Positions 7,479 to 14,922 of a DNA stretch of 24,801 nucleotides are shown piece by piece. The notes beneath the pieces are model-generated. The model was not told the origin of the DNA and did not search any database. It saw nothing but the letters and a program-made list of their open reading frames with translations. The position numbers and the translations under genes are program-made. The stretch comes from a virus (Duplodnaviria > Caudoviricetes), in the IMG/VR virus record IMGVR_UViG_3300030005_000010, positions 1-24,801 of that record. One strand, given 5' to 3'. Each line of letters opens with the position of its first letter. The stretch's first letter is position 1.

Positions 7479-9449
7479 TTACGCACTACCACCTGCAAAG
7501 GAACGATAGCCAACATTCGGCGTTACCGATACCGGACCGCCTGCTTTCGTGGGCGTGACCCGCATCCCCTGAGGGGCATTTTTGAAGTTGACATCGATAT
7601 TACCGCGTACAGGTTGTTGTGGCTGTACCAGGCTTTTGCGGGGTCCGGGGCTTGTGCCTGGCTGATTGCCTGATGCTCTGGGCAGAAAATCAGCAGCATT
7701 GGCAGCGACTTTCAGCAGTGGCATAGACTGTGCGGCTTTCGGCATCTTGATGACGTTGGCTACGTTTTGCAGCGGCATGGCTTGTGCGGCTTTCGGCATC
7801 GGGATGACATTACTGACTTTAGGCACCGTCGTTGCGGCTTTAGGAATGGCAGGAATGCCGGACTGTCCCGGCGGCCTCATGCCGTTCGGCGTCTGTCCGA
7901 AAAAGTTGGAGATGCCGCTAATGACTGACTGGATGCCGCTAATGCCGGATTTTATGAACGCAACGAACGCGTTAAATTTTGCCGTGATCTGATCAATAAT
8001 GCCGCTAAAGACCGCCACGACCGACTCTGGGATAAGGTTCTTAAACCATTCGCCAACGGCTGTGATTTTAAGCATTATCCAATCAGAAAAGTTTGTCCAG
8101 CATGATGTCAACCAATTAGTAAAATTATCAAAAATGGATTTTGTCCCGTTAGTAGTACCTTGCCAGGCCGTTTTGAAGAAGTCACAGATTGCTCCCCAGT
8201 TTTCATAAATCAACGGTGCTAGTGTAACTATAGCCGAGAGCAACAATATCCAAATATTGGTAGCCATAACTCCGTTCAATACCCTAAAAGCCAAACTAGC
8301 GCCCCATAAAGCCAATTTAAGCGCGACAAATGCCCCCGCCATTTCCAGCACCATTTTTATCGCGGGGCCGTTGTTGGTGGCCCAGGTCTGCAAACTTCCG
8401 GACACATCATTGATGGATTGTGCAAGCTGTTTCATTTCCGGTGCGTAGGCGGTTGCGAATGCCACCATCGCATTCGTGAACGTACCGGTTGCGGCATCCC
8501 AAAGATTAGTCAGCGATCCCAGCGCCGCATTAATGCGCATCTGTAAATCGGCCTGATTTTTCATTTTTTTAACCATTTCAGCATAATTGCCAGTTGAAAT
8601 AATTAAGGCTTTTGAGGCGTGTTCTGCGCCGAAACGCTCTGTAAATTCTGGGAAAAGCTTGGTCATTTTCAGTTTACTAGCCTTTTGCAGATCTTTAACC
8701 AAATTGGCGATTGACGTGAACTTTCCTTCCCCGGCAGCCTCTGAAATCATCTTCTTGAGGCCGGTTCCCGCTTCGCTGGCTTCGACCCCGGACTGCACCA
8801 ACATTGCTATTAAAGGGGCCATCTGGTTAGCGACTTCCAATCCCTGAACCTTAAGACCTTTTAACGGGCCACCGGCTTTAGACATGGCCTGCACAAAATC
8901 ATCGATGCCGACGCCCATGTGAACAACGCGCTGCATGGTATCGGCAAGACCTACCAGGTCACTGTCTGCGACTGAAAAAACATTAGATATTTTGGCTATA
9001 CCAACAGCTGCCGTGTCGTAGGTTTCGCCGAGCCCCTTTGTGGCTACGGCGAGATAAGCGGCGGCTTTCAAGCCCCCGTTGATCAACACCGAGGTATTCA
9101 GATTGTTGGCCTTCATGACGGTGGCCATGTGCGCGAAATCCGCTGTGGTTCCCGGCAGTTTGTTGCCCAGATCGGTGGCGATTTTCATCAGGTCTTCAAA
9201 CCCGCCTGACAGCCCGTCTCGGGTCATCAGCACGCTTTTTAACTGCGTTGCCGCGTCTTCGGCTTCCATGAACGCACGGGCAGGAATCAGAACCGCTGCG
9301 GCCAGTCCTGCCGCCATCGGAATAGCGCCACGACCTGCCCGCTCGAATTGCCGCCCCCAAGCACGGATTTGGCGCGATTGGGCGTTTAGGACAGGCGTGA
9401 GGCGATCGACGCAACTGATGATAGCGCGGAGGTTGAAGGAATTGGCCAT
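7479..9449 (-). CDS. Tail tape measure protein
   Basis: F.LRAIIS.VDRLT start, LGNKLPGTTADF core, Trp/Phe-periodic amphipathic region, C-terminal IxVxFxNAPxGMRV…NVGY; located between chaperone and gpN. Confidence 0.93.
   Translation of the reverse strand: MANSFNLRAIISCVDRLTPVLNAQSRQIRAWGRQFERAGRGAIPMAAGLAAAVLIPARAFMEAEDAATQLKSVLMTRDGLSGGFEDLMKIATDLGNKLPGTTADFAHMATVMKANNLNTSVLINGGLKAAAYLAVATKGLGETYDTAAVGIAKISNVFSVADSDLVGLADTMQRVVHMGVGIDDFVQAMSKAGGPLKGLKVQGLEVANQMAPLIAMLVQSGVEASEAGTGLKKMISEAAGEGKFTSIANLVKDLQKASKLKMTKLFPEFTERFGAEHASKALIISTGNYAEMVKKMKNQADLQMRINAALGSLTNLWDAATGTFTNAMVAFATAYAPEMKQLAQSINDVSGSLQTWATNNGPAIKMVLEMAGAFVALKLALWGASLAFRVLNGVMATNIWILLLSAIVTLAPLIYENWGAICDFFKTAWQGTTNGTKSIFDNFTNWLTSCWTNFSDWIMLKITAVGEWFKNLIPESVVAVFSGIIDQITAKFNAFVAFIKSGISGIQSVISGISNFFGQTPNGMRPPGQSGIPAIPKAATTVPKVSNVIPMPKAAQAMPLQNVANVIKMPKAAQSMPLLKVAANAADFLPRASGNQPGTSPGPRKSLVQPQQPVRGNIDVNFKNAPQGMRVTPTKAGGPVSVTPNVGYRSFAGGSA
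7700..7850 (-). repeat. Imperfect 57-nt (19-aa) tandem repeat in the tape measure C-terminus
   Basis: VSNVIPMPKAAQAMPLQN / VANVIKMPKAAQSMPLLK plus a degenerate PKAATTVPK; TGTGCGGCTTTCGGCATC is repeated at DNA level. Confidence 0.75.
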
Positions 9450-9452
9450 TGA

Positions 9453-9662
9453 TTATCCCCGTAGAGACGCAAGATTTTGCGTCTCTACCTCGATTTTGAA
9501 AATACAGCCAGATTCTTTGTGCATACCGGTTTCGATATAGGAGTAATGCCGATCTATTGGGTCACGTCCTATGGTCACGTACCGCAAACAGGCGGCTGTT
9601 TCGGTGCAATCGCGACCTTTGCAGCGCGTCAAATTGGCTGGCAGTGTGTCAGCAGGTGTCAT
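9453..9662 (-). CDS. Small Cys-rich hypothetical phage protein whose C-terminus is encoded by a REP
   Basis: RCxGxxCxxxxxCLRY motif; ATGA-coupled to the chaperone frameshift product; ends VETQNLASLRG. Confidence 0.65.
   Translation of the reverse strand: MTPADTLPANLTRCKGRDCTETAACLRYVTIGRDPIDRHYSYIETGMHKESGCIFKIEVETQNLASLRG
9461..9488. repeat. GTAG-type REP palindrome, copy 3
   Basis: GTAGAGACGCAA-GATT-TTGCGTCTCTAC. Confidence 0.92.
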
Positions 9663-9822
9663 GTTTTATTTGTCAGTTCGGCGATGCGTTCAGCCTGGCT
9701 GGAATACAATTCAAACTTGTCCAGCGTTAACGCGAAAACCTGAGCCGGGTCGATCTTGAAGAACCACGCAATTTCAAATATCCTGTTTAGGAGTTCGGAG
9801 GCGTCGCCGCCTCGTCCCCGAA
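9659..9822 (-). CDS. -1 frameshift extension of the tail assembly chaperone (gpGT/GpE' equivalent)
   Basis: -1 frame after G GGT TTT TTC reads RGRGGDASELLNRIFEIAWFFKIDPAQVFALTLDKFELYSSQAERIAELTNKT*. Confidence 0.85.
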
Positions 9823-10083
9823 AAAACCCATCACCGCTGTTTGCAGATTGCTCAGGTCACCCAGCGAGATAGTTTTCAGACTGCTGGGCGGTACACCGGC
9901 CAGGCGTGACGCATATTTCAGGACGGCTTTAACATCCAGCTTGATCTCTGTGCCATTGTCGGTAGGAATCATCGAAAACGGATAGCCGATGTCGGTAACA
10001 TCCTCGACGGTGGGTTCCCGTAAGTCCAGCTCGGCCACAGGTTCACCGGCCACCGTGATCGGCTTTGACAGTTTTACAATCAT
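9787..10083 (-). CDS. Tail assembly chaperone (Mu gp41 / P2 gpE-like)
   Basis: LSKPITVAGE…LxLREPTxxD…IGYPF…VMGFF; ATG at 10083 overlaps the tube stop. Confidence 0.92.
   Translation of the reverse strand: MIVKLSKPITVAGEPVAELDLREPTVEDVTDIGYPFSMIPTDNGTEIKLDVKAVLKYASRLAGVPPSSLKTISLGDLSNLQTAVMGFFGDEAATPPNS
9820..9829 (-). promoter_or_regulatory. Programmed -1 ribosomal frameshift slippery site
   Basis: In-frame G GGT TTT and overlapping T TTT TTC heptamers near the chaperone 3' end. Confidence 0.85.
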
Positions 10084-10439
10084 TGCCAAACGCCGGTAAT
10101 GCCGGAAAATTCAATTTCCACCGTTCCTTCTTCGCCATTGCCGGTCATCTCGCCTTCGACATACGCGTTAGTCAAGGTGTAAACCTTGCCGTTAGCTAGT
10201 TCGGCAGTCACGGTCATGTTGGTGCCTTGCGCTAATTTGTTCAGCGGAAAATCGCGCGTAAAGATGGCGTCAACTTTTAAATACTGACGCTGAGCCGTTT
10301 CTTTATACCCGGCGTTGCCTGCCAGCGACATGACTGTTTCCCGTGCTAATTGAACTAACGGCTCTTCTATTTTGCCCTTGATTTCAAGTTGAGTCCCGTC
10401 GCATTTGACGAAACAGATTCCTGCGACTCTACCACCCAT
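10080..10439 (-). CDS. Tail tube protein, Mu gpM/SfV family
   Basis: RVAGxCFVKxDG, RETVM…GYKET, MTVTAELANGKVYxL; GGAG RBS upstream. Confidence 0.93.
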   Translation of the reverse strand: MGGRVAGICFVKCDGTQLEIKGKIEEPLVQLARETVMSLAGNAGYKETAQRQYLKVDAIFTRDFPLNKLAQGTNMTVTAELANGKVYTLTNAYVEGEMTGNGEEGTVEIEFSGITGVWQ

Positions 10440-10479
10440 GATATTTTCTCCAGATTAGGGCGAGAATTTCGCCCGATAA

Positions 10480-11052
10480 TTAAATTGCCCAGCCTCTCAT
10501 CAAGGCTAATCCCGTATTAAATGCCCGATATTCAAAATTAGCCAAACCTGAACCGGTCATTTTCCGATTGAGTACCACGCTGACATTGGTATTGACAGTC
10601 GTTATTGTTGCTCTATATAAAATTGTTCCGCTGCCATCACCACCTAAATCTATAGCCGCGCCGCCTGCGGTTAAAGCAAGCTGGAATATATTAGTCGTTG
10701 CATTGACGACATAATACGGCGTATAGATAGCAATGCCCGTCGTGGTGACCAGCGTTGCAAACGAGACTAGATCGCCATTTGCCAAGCCATGTGCGGTTGC
10801 CGTTACCGTATCGTTCGCGCCTTGCAGCATACAGGCCAAAGCCGTGGTTAAGGGACTGCCGACACCGTTAACCTGCATTCCCGACAAAACACCTGTCGTT
10901 GAAGCCATTGTGATAAGGGTTGAGCCTGCTGTCGATGTCCCGGTAATAATAACCGGGGGCGGCGCTAATACTAATTGGGCAAGGTAGGCGACATCTTGCC
11001 CCGTCAATACTTGGTAACCGCCTACCGTTGTCCCTGTTTTTAACTGTGCCAT
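10480..11052 (-). CDS. Accessory virion protein with an HGLxxGD beta-rich domain
   Basis: TAHGLANGDLVxF…YYVVN…FQLALTAGGAAIDL; TAATG-coupled to the upstream ORF. Confidence 0.7.
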   Translation of the reverse strand: MAQLKTGTTVGGYQVLTGQDVAYLAQLVLAPPPVIITGTSTAGSTLITMASTTGVLSGMQVNGVGSPLTTALACMLQGANDTVTATAHGLANGDLVSFATLVTTTGIAIYTPYYVVNATTNIFQLALTAGGAAIDLGGDGSGTILYRATITTVNTNVSVVLNRKMTGSGLANFEYRAFNTGLALMRGWAI

Positions 11053-11312
11053 TAGATATTTCCCACCTGTTCAGTCAATTGGCAAGCCATCAAACCTGAT
11101 TGATCATTCAATCTTAAGATATTAGCCATCTCAATAAACTCATAGGCTTTAATATTGCCTTGGGTGTCCAATGATACGGGCCCGTTTCCTTCAATAAACT
11201 CGCCTAAACAACGGAGTTCTAAATCAGAGGTTATTCTAACGAGAACAATCCCTAGAAGGGGCCCTAGATTAACCTGATAAAATGCTGGGTTAAAGGCAGG
11301 ACTAAAGGCCAT
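11052..11312 (-). CDS. Hypothetical protein with a repeated EFIE motif
   Basis: Tightly packed ORF; three short beta-like repeats ending EFIE/EFIE/QLTE. Confidence 0.6.
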   Translation of the reverse strand: MAFSPAFNPAFYQVNLGPLLGIVLVRITSDLELRCLGEFIEGNGPVSLDTQGNIKAYEFIEMANILRLNDQSGLMACQLTEQVGNI

Positions 11313-11313
11313 C

Positions 11314-12705
11314 TTAAATTAAAGGGCTATAGGCAGTCACTTCAAGGGGTGTAATCGTTTGATAACCAACGACTGATGGATGCGTTGCATCCGGTGAATC
11401 GACAACGCCCCAAGCTAGCGCAATGGGGTTTACAAAACGTACATTCGCATTGCCGTAGGCGGTCACCAAATTACCGATTGTTATATTATCAGCTGTTTTA
11501 AGCGTCGTCGTTGAACCCGCCTCGCCCAACACGGTTAAATTTCCACGTACAATGATTTTTCCATAACCTTTCGTTAACATTGCGGTGATTATGTTTGTTA
11601 TATTCGTTTGCGCCGTTGCATCCAATACGCCAATATCATTAGCGCCTAGTTGAAGGATGCAAACATCAGTAGATGCCACGGTTTTTGCGGCTAACAAGGC
11701 CGTCATTCTGGCAACAAACCCGGCTATGTTTTCTCCGGATATGCCATAAGTGGAACCTACCAAACCTAATGCGGAAGCCACGGACATCGTATCAACCTGC
11801 CCGTCTGAATTGGACGCGCCTACCCCGGCGCCTGCTGTCGTTGATGAACCATATTGATCCATCCGCCTTTTTGTACCGCAATCGACGACCGCCGCATCAA
11901 GCCCGACAGCAAAAACGTTAAACGTCCCCCGTGCTGAGCTTTGCCATACGTTATAGGTGTGTGTAGCGCCATCCAGTGGAATGTGGGTCGTATGATAGAC
12001 CTGAGTCGCCAAAGAACACTTGTACCGGGTGTAAGCCGCTCCGTCTATAGAAACAAAAACATACGGATCAGGATTAATGACGACCATCCGGGTTGCGTTA
12101 GTTTTAAATTTTACCGACGGTATGGCAGTCCCTGAAACCAGGCTTATTGATCCTGGCAAGTAAGCGGGGACATAGTTAGTGCCGCCGCCTCCGGTTGCCG
12201 CCACATTACACGAACTCCAAGCAGTTAAGGCATTGCCGTCATTGCATTGAACCCACGTTAAAACGGGTACAATAGACGGCGAATAGGCTCCGTCAACAAT
12301 AAACAACGGATTAGCTTCCGTGCTTGTGTTCGTCATCCACTTTGGGTTGAATGCAGAGCCTTTGAACCGTATACAGACTTGATACTGGCTATGGGGTTTT
12401 CCAGTAAAAATAGTATAGAAACCTGGCATTGAGGAAAGGTAAGAGGGCGTAAACCAAAGGCCATCATCAATGCTGACTTCCAAAAGAGCGGCGACAGTGC
12501 CCGATCCTGAAGAAGCCGTCATATATAAATCTGTCCCGGTCACCCAGCCATTCCAGGTCGTCGCGCCATTGACGATGCCATAGAGCGTATTAGCTGTAGT
12601 AGTCGCATCCAATGGCCCAGTAAAGCCTGATGAAACTTGAGCGTACGTATACTTCTTCCTGACTAAGGCAGAAGCTACTAGACTACGGGCATTGAACGGC
12701 CTCAT
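11314..12705 (-). CDS. SGNH/GDSL hydrolase-domain protein with a beta-rich N-terminal region
   Basis: Block I YGSSTT, block II GISG, block III LGAND, block V DATHP. Confidence 0.8.
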   Translation of the reverse strand: MRPFNARSLVASALVRKKYTYAQVSSGFTGPLDATTTANTLYGIVNGATTWNGWVTGTDLYMTASSGSGTVAALLEVSIDDGLWFTPSYLSSMPGFYTIFTGKPHSQYQVCIRFKGSAFNPKWMTNTSTEANPLFIVDGAYSPSIVPVLTWVQCNDGNALTAWSSCNVAATGGGGTNYVPAYLPGSISLVSGTAIPSVKFKTNATRMVVINPDPYVFVSIDGAAYTRYKCSLATQVYHTTHIPLDGATHTYNVWQSSARGTFNVFAVGLDAAVVDCGTKRRMDQYGSSTTAGAGVGASNSDGQVDTMSVASALGLVGSTYGISGENIAGFVARMTALLAAKTVASTDVCILQLGANDIGVLDATAQTNITNIITAMLTKGYGKIIVRGNLTVLGEAGSTTTLKTADNITIGNLVTAYGNANVRFVNPIALAWGVVDSPDATHPSVVGYQTITPLEVTAYSPLI

Positions 12706-13682
12706 TAATTTTGCTCAGGTGTTAGCTCTACAAAATAAGTTTGACCGCTGGCAGGCGTGAAAACGTCTTTGGTTTGCAATGCCCCATATAAAGTCCTGGA
12801 GGCGGCGGCACATAAAAACGCTAATCGGCAGGTCGCGTTTAGAGACTCTGCGATGTCTGAACCCGCCCCTTCGGTTGCCATCGGGTCAAAATCGATATAA
12901 CCGATTTTATTGGCTTTATTAGCCGATAAATTTGTATACGCCGCGCCATCGTTAATAGCGGTCGGCGCTACATTGTAAAGATGCAATCGATAACGCGCCG
13001 TGTTGGTGCTTTGATTGGTTATTAATCGCGCTTTCGTGATATAGCCGCTCCCCGCGTTTACTCTGCCCATATTGGCAAACGTGAGAATAGTGGGCGCAGT
13101 TGTTGAATCCGAGATTGACGCTAAAGCCGCATAAGCCGTTGCGTTCGCAGGTCTGTTGAACGTGGCCGTCACGACGATACTGCTGCCTGAAACAAAGCCT
13201 ATGTGGTTCTCACTGGGATAAAGTCCTGCTTGAATAGCAGATAACAAGGTGGCTTGCGCAGCTGCTGTTGCAGGCGCTGCAATAATCTTGGCTAAAATAG
13301 CGGCAAGATTACCCCCGTTCTCTAAGGCTAAGGTTCCAAGGGCTGTTGTTTGCGTATCTTGTTTTGCAGAAGTCGCAACACTACCTATATCGGCCACATT
13401 AACGTATAAAGAACCATCTGAATCTAATTGCAAAGCTGACCCTTGCCCGGATGCCAACGTTAATCTTGATGCGTTATAAATACCCCCGCCAATTAATGAT
13501 TTGCTGGGTGCGCTCCCTGCGCCTATGGTTCCTTCCGCATTGGTTGCAACAGGAATCGTGGGCTGATCGCTTGCCAATACGACAGGGAGACTGGCAGCAG
13601 CGAGCGCTTGTCCGAGTGCGGGATTCGTATTGATAGTCTGCGGCACGCCGTCAGAATCTAAAACTTTTATAGTGGTTGGCAT
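12705..13682 (-). CDS. Accessory virion protein; C-terminal domain paralogous to 19088-19720
   Basis: SLPVVLASDQ, ATSAKQD stalk motifs; shares HIG, RPAxxTAY, GSGYIxKxRL, RLH and FTPASGQ with its paralogue. Confidence 0.75.
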   Translation of the reverse strand: MPTTIKVLDSDGVPQTINTNPALGQALAAASLPVVLASDQPTIPVATNAEGTIGAGSAPSKSLIGGGIYNASRLTLASGQGSALQLDSDGSLYVNVADIGSVATSAKQDTQTTALGTLALENGGNLAAILAKIIAAPATAAAQATLLSAIQAGLYPSENHIGFVSGSSIVVTATFNRPANATAYAALASISDSTTAPTILTFANMGRVNAGSGYITKARLITNQSTNTARYRLHLYNVAPTAINDGAAYTNLSANKANKIGYIDFDPMATEGAGSDIAESLNATCRLAFLCAAASRTLYGALQTKDVFTPASGQTYFVELTPEQN

Positions 13683-13692
13683 AATAAATTTT

Positions 13693-14181
13693 TCACTGAA
13701 TTAGGGTTATGAGTCCAGAACCTTGTATCACACTAAAATCCATCGTTCCTGCCGAGTAGGAAATGGGTGTCGTAAAGTTACGCTGTAAGGTACACAGCAA
13801 ATAGGCGCCATTGTAATAACAACTCAGTACATCAATTGAACCCGCTTTAGTGCTCAACGATGAACTGCCCGAAACTTTATACAGTGTGTCAAACGTCAGC
13901 AGCCGCTTACCGGTTGAATCTTGCGTAAATATAAATAACAGCGTGTCACCCTCAACCAAATGCGTCGGGTTTTCTAAAAAATGATTGCCTGACAGAACCG
14001 CTTTAAATGACGTAGATACTGAGGTATCAACGGCGATATTAGTGCCGGTCTGTGCTAATTCATGGGGTATTGAATTACCGACGACATGGCTATCATTCCA
14101 GTTGGAGGGCTGTATTAAGGTAAGGTCTGAACTGTCAGGCTTAGCACTGGCAAACCGGTGAGTTATCTGTATCTCTCGCAT
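13693..14181 (-). CDS. Fibre-associated hypothetical phage protein
   Basis: N-terminal ITHxFxSxKPD…QPSNWNxxH; domain LxGNxxLxNPT…QDSTGxRxL…LSTxAGSIDVL recalled from phage fibre proteins. Confidence 0.65.
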   Translation of the reverse strand: MREIQITHRFASAKPDSSDLTLIQPSNWNDSHVVGNSIPHELAQTGTNIAVDTSVSTSFKAVLSGNHFLENPTHLVEGDTLLFIFTQDSTGKRLLTFDTLYKVSGSSSLSTKAGSIDVLSCYYNGAYLLCTLQRNFTTPISYSAGTMDFSVIQGSGLITLIQ

Positions 14182-14186
14182 GGTTA

Positions 14187-14504
14187 TCAGCCAAGATAGG
14201 TAAAGTCTAAACTATTCGTATTAGGGTTATAAGCCAGACGATATTTATTATTAAAATCAATAGTTCCAGTTATATTGGGTAAGTTAATTATGGCATTCAA
14301 ATTACTGATACTACCCGTATCCCCCTTGTCACCTTTTGCCCCTGTCGCCCCTGTCGCCCCTGTTGCACCCGTTGCCCCTGTCGCCCCTGTTGCGCCCGTT
14401 GACCCCGGCGGACCTTGTTCGGCTGTCTTTATTACATTGACCGATTGTGGGTCTGTAACAAGTACATCAATGACCGGCGTGACTAAAACAATTGTGTCGG
14501 TCAT
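14187..14504 (-). CDS. Short collagen-like (Gly-X-Y) protein
   Basis: GPP GST (GAT)6 GAK GDK GDT; ATGA-coupled to the upstream gene. Confidence 0.8.
   Translation of the reverse strand: MTDTIVLVTPVIDVLVTDPQSVNVIKTAEQGPPGSTGATGATGATGATGATGATGAKGDKGDTGSISNLNAIINLPNITGTIDFNNKYRLAYNPNTNSLDFTYLG
14336..14400. repeat. 9-bp tandem repeat encoding (Gly-Ala-Thr)n
   Basis: GCCCCTGTC / GCCCCTGTT / GCACCCGTT units. Confidence 0.85.
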
Positions 14505-14854
14505 CGCGTTATTTGTTCGCTAAACGGCAGCATACCGGAACACAAGCGCACCGTGTCCCCGTTTAAAAAATAGATTTCCAGATCATAAAAACCGCCCGCG
14601 CCTATTAGCGCGTCGGTATCATGAGCGGTGACATAAAAGTCTATTTTCCCCGTGGACGGCGTAAGCGTAATGCGGCTGTTCTCGGTGCTAAGTTCAAGCA
14701 AAGCCGTTATCGCCGCAGGGTCCTCACGTACCTGTAATTTTGCGGTACAATTAGTCAGGTTAATCGGTTGGCCGTTTGAATCCTGCCAGATCAGCGTATG
14801 CCGATACGTTGCGCCTTTTTCAATAACAGGTAGGTTTAATTTAGCGGCCGTCAT
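14501..14854 (-). CDS. Ig-like fibre adaptor protein (BppU-N-like)
   Basis: IEKGATY…WQDSNGQPINLTNCTAKLQVR…YDLEI…VRLxxG…xITR pattern, usually found before collagen/fibre genes. Confidence 0.72.
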   Translation of the reverse strand: MTAAKLNLPVIEKGATYRHTLIWQDSNGQPINLTNCTAKLQVREDPAAITALLELSTENSRITLTPSTGKIDFYVTAHDTDALIGAGGFYDLEIYFLNGDTVRLCSGMLPFSEQITR

Positions 14855-14885
14855 GATTTCTTAATCTATTCGCTTGGAATTATTT

Positions 14886-14913
14886 GTAGAGACGCAAAAT
14901 ATTGCGTCTCTAC
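14886..14913. repeat. GTAG-type REP palindrome, copy 4
   Basis: GTAGAGACGCAA-AATA-TTGCGTCTCTAC, 9 nt after the sheath stop. Confidence 0.92.
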
Positions 14914-14922
14914 GGCTTTTTT

